64,000 nt of DNA, from positions 32,001 through 96,000 of IMG/VR virus record IMGVR_UViG_3300046804_001245; one strand, 5' to 3'. A program made the translations under genes and the position numbers. The stretch's first letter is position 1; each line of letters starts with the position of its first letter. Source of the DNA: a virus. Of the stretch, positions 28,055 through 36,200 are shown piece after piece. The notes beneath the pieces were generated by a model. The model saw only the letters and a program-made list of their open reading frames with translations, was not told where the DNA came from and did no database searches.

Positions 28055-28459
28055 TTATACCAGAAGAGGGACGTCGGTATATTTCTCTACGAATGTGCGT
28101 AGGTCCATTACGAAGAGGGGCTCATTGCTCATACCACGAACCTTGTTGTCCAAGTTATAGAATGAATCCTCTGTATGAAGACTAAAAGTCATTTGTGTAA
28201 AGTCGACGATAGCAATCTTGTGCTCGTTATCGCCAATCTCATTTACATGCAGGCCCCATCCAGTCTCCATAGACCAACCGTCGCCAATCATATGACTGAT
28301 TGCGATACGTGTTGCATATGAAGGGTCCGACCAACGAGGCTGTGCTTTTGCAACCGCCTCTGCTAAATTGGCAAGCATGTTGTGGCCCGCCCAGTGTCCA
28401 TACAGTACAATTGTGTTACCGTTCGGCTGTACAAATCCGAAGTTTGCTCTGTCACCCAT
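28055..28459 (-). CDS. hypothetical phage protein
   Basis: MGDRANF..LYGHWAG..RWSDPSYATRIAI, 134 aa. Confidence 0.75.
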   Translation of the reverse strand: MGDRANFGFVQPNGNTIVLYGHWAGHNMLANLAEAVAKAQPRWSDPSYATRIAISHMIGDGWSMETGWGLHVNEIGDNEHKIAIVDFTQMTFSLHTEDSFYNLDNKVRGMSNEPLFVMDLRTFVEKYTDVPLLV

Positions 28460-28652
28460 TTATTTCTTCCTTTTCTATTATTGGTGTTTCTTCTTTACGG
28501 TCTAATTCTATAATTTCATAGGCCCACTTGTCAAGGGTCTCTGAATATTTATTTCGGTGGTGGCCACAGAAATACAATTCGCCATTAGTTCCTCTAGATA
28601 GGAATAAGGCTTGAGCTGAGCATGAATCGCATTTAATCCACTCAGAGGTCAT
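28452..28652 (-). CDS. small actinobacterial-type Zn-finger protein
   Basis: CDSCSAQA...GELYFCGHH. Confidence 0.7.
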   Translation of the reverse strand: MTSEWIKCDSCSAQALFLSRGTNGELYFCGHHRNKYSETLDKWAYEIIELDRKEETPIIEKEEING

Positions 28653-28807
28653 TGTTTAATGTACCAAATTCGATTTTGTCTGCTATATCGTCCATGATTT
28701 GGCCTTCCTCGCCTAAAATAGCATCGGCTGCCCATTGACGAATATTGTTAATAATTACTTCACGAGTAAATTTAACACCATCTTCAAAACCATCTTTGTA
28801 GTCCATG

Positions 28808-29017
28808 TTACCTCCTGTAGCCTGTTGGCTGGTAATCTGTCTCCACTAGTATATCCAATTTATACTTAGATATCAAGGCTGAAACTTTTTCAATATTTCC
28901 CGTCCCAATATCAAATACAGTTGAATCTATCCAATATGGATCTAATCCAGCGAATTCAGCGTCCCAATATGCCGCTTTGAGGGCGGCAGTATTAGGAGCA
29001 CGTAGTTGATAATACAT
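28808..29017 (-). CDS. hypothetical protein
   Basis: 69 aa, coupled to upstream stop. Confidence 0.65.
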   Translation of the reverse strand: MYYQLRAPNTAALKAAYWDAEFAGLDPYWIDSTVFDIGTGNIEKVSALISKYKLDILVETDYQPTGYRR

Positions 29018-29571
29018 TAGTTCCAGTCCTGACTATCAACTAAATCAATATCCCATGAATCTACTTCGGTAGTAAAATCATTTGAGTCGACTGAAAGATT
29101 GTCAGAGAGATGATAACGAATATCAAAGTCATTAACTTCGGTAATATCTACCTCAGTACTTCCTGATACTGTAAGAGTTACAGTCCAGTTCATTGTTTGT
29201 TTTGGCTCATGGTCAAGGATTACACAAAGGTCACGAAGAACCTCTTCCTTGTCGACTGTATCTGAGAACCAACTATCAATAGTTAAATTATCGATAATCT
29301 GACCGATTTGTTTTTCTTGTGATTCAAGACGGGCATCACGATATTGTGCTTTTCTAAACATCTCGCTGATGTCTGCACGATTTAGAGTCCATTCTCTAAG
29401 TTCGCCATTTGGCAAGTGTTCATATGCTTTGATTGTTGGATTAGCGAAGAGCAAATCCTCCAATTCAGTTGCTTTATATAGTTTATAGATACTGTCATTT
29501 GATTCTGGCTGAATTTCACGAACAGTAGTTAATGCATGAGGATTATATGAATCCTGCGATACTATTTCCAT
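29017..29571 (-). CDS. hypothetical protein
   Basis: Start MEIVSQ after AACGAAAGGAAAC; the ORF-track extension to 29790 runs through a promoter and tRNA. Confidence 0.75.
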   Translation of the reverse strand: MEIVSQDSYNPHALTTVREIQPESNDSIYKLYKATELEDLLFANPTIKAYEHLPNGELREWTLNRADISEMFRKAQYRDARLESQEKQIGQIIDNLTIDSWFSDTVDKEEVLRDLCVILDHEPKQTMNWTVTLTVSGSTEVDITEVNDFDIRYHLSDNLSVDSNDFTTEVDSWDIDLVDSQDWN

Positions 29572-29686
29572 TTGTTTCCTTTCGTTGTTATTGACCGTAT
29601 TATAGCGGACCTGACTGACAAAATCCAGGGGTCCCGCCCCTTTGTCGTAACAATCTTTTTTGGATTTCACGTATGCGGGCGAGCTG

Positions 29687-29761
29687 CGACCCATACCAGA
29701 TTTGAACTGGTGATCTCCACCGTGACAAGGTGGCGCTTTAACCATGCTAAGCCAATGGGCC
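29687..29761 (-). tRNA. tRNA-Asp (GTC)
   Basis: GGCCCAT/ATGGGTC acceptor, CCACC-TTGTCAC-GGTGG anticodon arm, GTTCAAATC T-loop, G discriminator. Confidence 0.93.
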
Positions 29762-29793
29762 AATAGGGGGCCCCTTGCGGGGCCCGTCATTCT

Positions 29794-30804
29794 TTAGAAT
29801 GATTTTACAACCTGAAGAATTTTATTCTTCTCGGCGGTAATAATTGGGTCAAAACCAGAAGCAGAAGCCCACTTTGATTCTGAATTACTCTTGCGAGTAG
29901 GACGGAAATAATCAAGGCGTTCAGTAAGCGCATTGAAAGCGCCCCATTTTGTTCCCTTGATATTAGCATTGGTCGGAGAGTTATGGTAAAGGTCATTTAG
30001 CAAAACAACCTTGTTATCCCATTTTGTCTTAGCCAATTTAGAATCAGATTCGGCAGGCTTAGGATAAATTGTTTTTACAATATCCTGAAATTGCTTATCT
30101 GTAATTTCAGCAGCGAATAGAGATTGAGCCTCTTTTTCAAAAGCGTCGAAATAGCCAAGAGTAAGACCAAGAGTCTCACGAGCAATTTGAATCTTACCTT
30201 CCGCCGTTTGAGTGTGGCGAATCTTGAAAGATTGCTTTGATTGCTTCATCGCTAGGTTTAGCGTATTTTGGCATACGACACGAACAGGTGTAATCGCTGC
30301 CTGAACAGCAACAGAGCCGTCGTGTGATGTCCATACGATAAGATAAAGTTTAGTTTTATCGTTAGCACCTTTAGGGTCTAGCACCATTTCACGGGGAACA
30401 GTAAGAGAACCGAATACAACTTTGCCATTCTTTAGAGAACCAGCAGATTCCCAAGCGCAGCGAGAATCGCCGTCTAGGATATTGTCAGCGAATGAAAATA
30501 GTTCTTCATTCTGAACAACTTTATATCTAGCACCGACAGTTGAGAGAACATCTGTTCCGCCATTGAATGGGTTAGTTCTAGTCACGAGTTGTGAATTAGA
30601 AGAATCATTCCAAGATTCTGGAATGAAATCAGATACAGGTGAAAGCGAAACATTCCAATTAGAAAGTTTAGCCTCATCTAACATCATTTGAGTTGAAACA
30701 GATTCATCTTGTGCGAAGATTCTGTTTGCGAGATTGTGCCAAGCGGGAGTTCCACGCAAGGCGAAAGCGACTTCGTCGCCATTTATTTCTAGGTTATGAG
30801 CCAT
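29794..30804 (-). CDS. DUF932 family phage/plasmid protein
   Basis: MAHNL..PAWH.L, YKVVQN, ESAGSL.NG..VF, SHDGS, TPVRVVCQNTL, IRHT, GT.WGAFNA.TE..D. Confidence 0.88.
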   Translation of the reverse strand: MAHNLEINGDEVAFALRGTPAWHNLANRIFAQDESVSTQMMLDEAKLSNWNVSLSPVSDFIPESWNDSSNSQLVTRTNPFNGGTDVLSTVGARYKVVQNEELFSFADNILDGDSRCAWESAGSLKNGKVVFGSLTVPREMVLDPKGANDKTKLYLIVWTSHDGSVAVQAAITPVRVVCQNTLNLAMKQSKQSFKIRHTQTAEGKIQIARETLGLTLGYFDAFEKEAQSLFAAEITDKQFQDIVKTIYPKPAESDSKLAKTKWDNKVVLLNDLYHNSPTNANIKGTKWGAFNALTERLDYFRPTRKSNSESKWASASGFDPIITAEKNKILQVVKSF

Positions 30805-31098
30805 AGATTTATCCTTTCGATAGTTGATTAGTTCCTGAATTATACACTACGCTGCCGACATTGTAAATAGTTAGTTCCAATATAGGGCAAATCGGACACC
30901 CTGTGAGAAAGCTCACAGGATCCAGGGGTATTTTAGACTTGACGTAACGGGGCTTCGCCCCCCACAGTTGTGCGGGCCTTCAGCTCATGTACTCGTTGAT
31001 CACATCCAGCGCATTACACAATTGGCAGAAACATTCGCCATGGTCCATAACATCTTCCCAAATTAATTGCTGCAATTCGTGCACCGCATATGGACCGC

Positions 31099-31818
31099 TC
31101 ATTTTTTACTCGCAGAAAATCTTATGTCTGCTTTATTAAATACGCAGAGCCCACACGATACACAGGCTGAACCGTTAGTAGATATTAGCGGAATTCGTTT
31201 AGCATTTTCAGGACACTTTGCGCCTACTTTGCCAGTTAATTCTTTCATGACAGTTTCTGCCACCGCAAAATTCTTAGCGAGATACGCAAGGCGTGTGCCG
31301 TGATTAGTACGCAATTCTTTAGCAGTATCTTTATTTTCATCATCCGTCGAATAGTAAAGAGATAGATTAGCAATTCCCTTTAGAATTACGGCGGCGGAAG
31401 CGACACGGGTATAGACCCAAAATTGAACATCAGGGTGTTTCTCAATAACATTCTTCCACGCATAGGCATATGTCTCATTAAAGAAATCTCCGTCCCAGTG
31501 GATACGGAATAATTTATCGGCATTTTTCTTATCACAGTCCGCCTTGAATTCTACAATCATTTCATCTAGAAGAGAGACCATTGTTTCGATATTGGCATTG
31601 CGTATCAATTCCCAATTATGGAGCAGTACGGCTTTAACGCCTTTATACACCTTTTCTAATTTACCAGCATAGCAGACACTTTCGCAGATACTAGTTGCGC
31701 CAGGACATGAATAGGCCTTACCAGCAGGCAGGCCAAAAGTATTAGCAATCGTAGGTGTCTTCCCGTTAGGGCTAACGGCGTTAGCCACTTTTCGGTCATT
31801 AGAGCGTTTCAATTTCAT
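31099..31818 (-). CDS. GP88-like phage protein
   Basis: FGLPAG..SCPGA..C..VCYA, FRIHWDGDFF, FWVYTR, CP..CVSCGLC; leaderless start MKLKRS 7 nt after TAGAAT. Confidence 0.75.
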   Translation of the reverse strand: MKLKRSNDRKVANAVSPNGKTPTIANTFGLPAGKAYSCPGATSICESVCYAGKLEKVYKGVKAVLLHNWELIRNANIETMVSLLDEMIVEFKADCDKKNADKLFRIHWDGDFFNETYAYAWKNVIEKHPDVQFWVYTRVASAAVILKGIANLSLYYSTDDENKDTAKELRTNHGTRLAYLAKNFAVAETVMKELTGKVGAKCPENAKRIPLISTNGSACVSCGLCVFNKADIRFSASKK

Positions 31819-32697
31819 ATGGGTAATTCTATCACCACATACCGACAGCGAATTCGGCAACAGTATCTAGACATTCGGCGCATGCCCAATCATCGCCATA
31901 GACTTCGTATTCTGCCTCATCGACAAAATAGGTGGCAGTACCACAGATTTCATAGTATAAACAATTTACTTTTATCATTTAGTTTCCCTTTCGTTATGCG
32001 GATATTATAACAGATTAGACTGACAATTTATCTTCGACACGCCACCTTGCGACATATTTTTCTAGGTCTGCTAGGTTATCATCTGTGAGATAGGTGGAGA
32101 TTACGCCAAAAGAATATGCGTATTCGTTATAGCCTTTTTCTTTTGCGTAGGCTAGGAGGTCATTTAGAATATCGTTTCTGTCTTTCATTTATTTTCCTTT
32201 CGATATGCCGACATTATAAACTAAACCGCCGACATTTTCCATTCCAGCTTGGGCGTGTCGCAAATTATTTTTGTGGGGAATCTCACAAAATCCAGGGGTA
32301 TTTTTAAGTTGACGTAACAAGCTCGGCGCCCCCACTCTTTTGCGGGCCATTTTGGGAAGATGGGGCGGGGATCTAGATGATTACACAGTTCAAACCCGCC
32401 CCAAGCTTTATGCTAAACCAATTTCTACTTTAGTTAGTTTAGTTGGCTTATATTTAGTTACTGTTTCCATTGGTAGAAACAGAGCCACAGTTTTTCTTTT
32501 CTTTAGTTTATCATAAACAAAAGCACGAACATTTCCAGAAAATTGGTTTAGATTAGAAAAAACTAATTCTGTTAGGTGTTCTTTATCTACTCCGTCATCT
32601 GAGAAAAGAGTCAAATCATTTTGTTTTACGTCATCATATATTTCGATACGATACCGATTACGCATTTTATTTCTTTCTGTTAGTAGGGATTTTAGTT

Positions 32698-32729
32698 GAG
32701 CAGTTTAGCCTTGACTTGCTCAGGTCAGG
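32698..32729 (-). ncRNA. second copy of the CUGAGCA...AAACUGCUC pseudoknot motif
   Basis: CCTGAC-CTGAGCAA-GTCAAGG-CTAAAC-TGCTC in the leader of ORF 32408..32665. Confidence 0.55.
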
Positions 32730-32790
32730 TATCTTTTCCGTTAGGAGAAGTTTAGCATGGGGGACTAGATTTTGTCTAGCCCCCAATTTG

Positions 32791-33213
32791 CTATAAGTAT
32801 TTAGCGATAGAGTTGTAAGTAGATGTGGAAACTGTTTCCTCATCTGTCATCTTGAGAATACGGATAGCGTTCTCAATTTCCTCTACCATTTCCTTATATT
32901 GCCAATCATGGAAAGACTCAAAGTCTTTCTGCGGTTCAGTAGGAAGCGTGATAGTTCCTGCTGGTAATTCAAAAGAAACATAGATTTTGCCATTGTATCT
33001 GACATTGGCAGACAGTTCATCTGCCTTAGCAATTTTTTCAAGTGCTAACTTAGCAACTTCCTTGTTGTATTTCTCTTGTGCCTTTGAGAACTTTTCCTCA
33101 TTGACTTTTTGATTAGCCTTATCCTTTTGGAGTTGAGCCAATTTATTTTCAAGTGCCTTGATTACTTTGGTTGTAGCAATCTTGACATTTATGGATTTAC
33201 CATTTCTAGCCAT
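32791..33213 (-). CDS. hypothetical basic coiled-coil protein
   Basis: 140 aa, own promoter at 33244-33265 and AACGAAAGGAA leader. Confidence 0.8.
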   Translation of the reverse strand: MARNGKSINVKIATTKVIKALENKLAQLQKDKANQKVNEEKFSKAQEKYNKEVAKLALEKIAKADELSANVRYNGKIYVSFELPAGTITLPTEPQKDFESFHDWQYKEMVEEIENAIRILKMTDEETVSTSTYNSIAKYL

Positions 33214-36200
33214 TTTATTTCCTTTCGTTAGTTATGAGCAAGAATTATAGCAGGGGATACTGACATTGTATCCCCCACCTATTTAGTTATTTAGCAGGTG
33301 CGCTAGTCCAGCGTTCCTTGCCATTGACATCAAGCAGAATACGATTTACACCTGAAGGGTGATTATCTACTGCTTTGATAACGCCTGTCACGCCACTATT
33401 AGTGGTTGTGTAGGTCTGTCCGATTTCCAGAGTTGCCATTTATTTTCCTTTCGTTGTTGTGGAAGGCTATCCTAGCATAGCCCACCGACATTTTAGAGCC
33501 ACGCCTCTAGGTGGTGTTGTTCTACGATAGCCCAAGCGGGTGCGGTATTGAAACCTTTATAAGTTATGCCTTCGGGCATTGGTATCTCACGATCAGTTTC
33601 GCCTTCGTTGTAAGCCTCAATAGCCTCAATACACGGCAATACCATAGATTTAGGAACGGGCGGGTAATGATTAGAAGTTAGGTGAATACCAATAGCGGTA
33701 GATAAGTCTAATTCGCCATTGGCTAATTCTGTTGCGAAGGTGCTACCCATTTAGCACCTCGTTTCTCATTGTTTCAATTTCGTCAATAGTAGCGATTAGG
33801 TCTTTTACTTGGCTTTCAGTTAGTAATACTTTAGTAGCCTTATCTACTGCGGTGCTTGCTAGCATAGAAGCATAGACGAACAAGGCTTTGGCTATTTGTT
33901 CATCATCTAATTCTTTGTAAGAGTGTGTAATAAATTGAGCGAAGCCCATAGCCTCGTCATCAAAAATAGTTTCTTCAGTTGCCTGAATAAGAGCGGTTGC
34001 GGTTGCTATCATTTATTTATTTCCTTTTCGTTTAGTGGTGGGTAGATTATACACCTACCCACCGACAATTTAGGCAAGGGCTAAAATAGCCTGCGTTGCA
34101 CCTAGATTTACGGCATCTAATTCTGCCTGTAATTCCTCGGTTGTCATTTTAGTAGGGTCGCCTACTAATTCGGAGATAGCGTCACGATTAATCATCTCTA
34201 CCATTTCGGTAGGCATGCGTGAGATTTGTGGATAGAAAGAGCCATTAGTATCTAGTTTAGATACAAAATTAACTCCATTAACGGAGAACGGGAACGAAGC
34301 CCAGTTATCTGTGTTTAGCATTTTTTCCTTTCGTTTGTTTGATTAGCGCAATTATAGCGTAGGCTACTGACAAATTAGTTTTATTCTGCCCGCCAGCTTT
34401 GTGATAAACATCACAAAAATCCAGGGGTTTTAAACTTGACTCGTAACAGGAGTTTGCCCCACTCTCCTTTGCGGGCGATTTGTTGAAAGTTCAACCAATT
34501 TAGTTGATTATTCAACAAAACGTTTTTTATGTTTTGATTTTCTTTTGTAAATTTTTTTAGACGGAATTGGTTGCGCCGCATTACTACGGCGCAATTCCAA
34601 AACTTTTTTAATTCGTGGTAAATTTTGGAACACGATAATTGCTCGCTTCGTAGAATTTATTCGCATCAAATCTAGGATTATCTTTTGCGAACATCAACGC
34701 AAAATCAACAACCATTTTAGAAAAAATAGCGGGGTGAGTTTTATCTGAAACATACCGCAGAATTTCTGCGGTAGCGACATAGTCTTTACGAGTCATCACG
34801 ATTTTACTCCGTCACACTCAACAACATCAAAAACATCAAATTTTGCCAAGTCTGAGTCTGGCAATTGAAATAGAATTTTGTTTAGCGCAAAAACCGCTTG
34901 TAAATCGGTTTCTGCTTCGGTAACAAAACTAATCAAGACATTTTTTTTCATTAGTCATTCTCCTTATCAAATAGAGAGCCGTCATAGTGAGATGTTGGAT
35001 TACAGTCACAAGGCTCAATGTTGTAATCCTCAGCACCGCCATAGAAAAGCCAACCTTTTCCGTAGCAGGTATCGCAGTCAAAAGCGAGAGTATGAATTGT
35101 TTTCATTTTTAGTTTTCCTTTCGTGTTGTTTCGGTAATTGTAGCATTAGCCACCGACAAAATTGCCGATAGATTAGAATTGCGTTTTTCTTTTACTTCCG
35201 CTAAACGCTGGGCGATAATGAATTCTCTAAATTCTTTTAGATCCATTTTAGTTTTCCTTTCGTTTTGTTATTGGTTGAATTATAGCGTGGGGGTCTGACA
35301 TTTTCCCTAGTTAGGGAGAATGTCTGGACCATAATAAGCAACGGCGGAAACGATGTTCATCATTCCCTTATATTCATTACAGGATACGCATACGCTATTC
35401 CAGCGGTCATAAGTTTTTGAGCAGAATACGCAGATGTTATCCTGAAGGCTAAAGCCTAGATTTTCAATTTCTCTAAGTGTAGTCATTTAGTTTTCCTTTC
35501 GTAGTAAATCAGATTATAGCGGAAGCCACCGACATTTAGTCGGCAACTTTCACGGCGACAGTCGCCCATTTATTTCCGTTGAAACGGATAGCGTAGGCTT
35601 CATAGCCGTCAAGCCAAATATCCTCACGCTTTTCTGCGAAAGTAATTTCGCCGAATTGGTATTTTCTCGCAATAGAGCGAGGGTAATAAGTCTGACCTAC
35701 AAGAAGGTCGGGAATTGAATAAGTTTTCATTTAGTTTTCCTTTCATTTTGTTACTCCGTGAGTTTATCAAATTGGACTGACATTTTCAAATCGAAAATCG
35801 GTATAAATCGGACATTGTGATAATCATCACAAAAATAAATTAAAATAAATTTGACTGGTCAAACTTTTTTCGGGCGTGTCGCAGGATTTCGGGAAATCGG
35901 ACATAATGGACTTAAAGGATAAATCGCCCGCACAACTGTGCGGGTTGCCGCAGCTTTTGTCAAGCCGACACGCCGTTAGGTTAGTGTGAGATACGCCACA
36001 AGAAACCCTAGCCCTATACAGAGCGACAACAGGGCGGCGGCATGGAGTAGGTGTATCATTTAGCACACCTCTCACATGGTTCTATTGTATATTCATGACG
36101 ATCACCTACATAGATGACCTTTCTACCATAGCACATAGAGCATTTCATTTTAGACCGCCTCTTCCAATTCTGCCAAAGCCTCATCTTCTAATTCTAGCAT

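Larger units (their letters stand above)
24773..35945. repeat. dispersed ~55 bp fixed-spacing element CCAGGGG-N14-CGTAAM-N22-TGCGGGC
   Basis: Full copies 29625-29680, 30922-30977, 32292-32347, 34421-34476; degenerate copies at 24773, 24918, 25513, 27847, 35889. Confidence 0.8.

Noticed and set aside
29572-29790. 5' extension of ORF 29017..29790 and plus-strand ORF 29572..29766
   Set aside because: They run through tRNA-Asp, a promoter and a repeat element; the RBS supports a start at 29571.
30533-33004. Other CCGACA/CTGACA hexamers (30533, 32208, 32999; also 25380, 35965)
   Set aside because: No TANNNT at the 10 nt spacing, so they were not counted as promoters.
35827-36075. ORFs 35827..36075, 36894..37133 and 36929..37117
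   Set aside because: They cover motif-dense regulatory DNA, lack an RBS and do not look protein-like.
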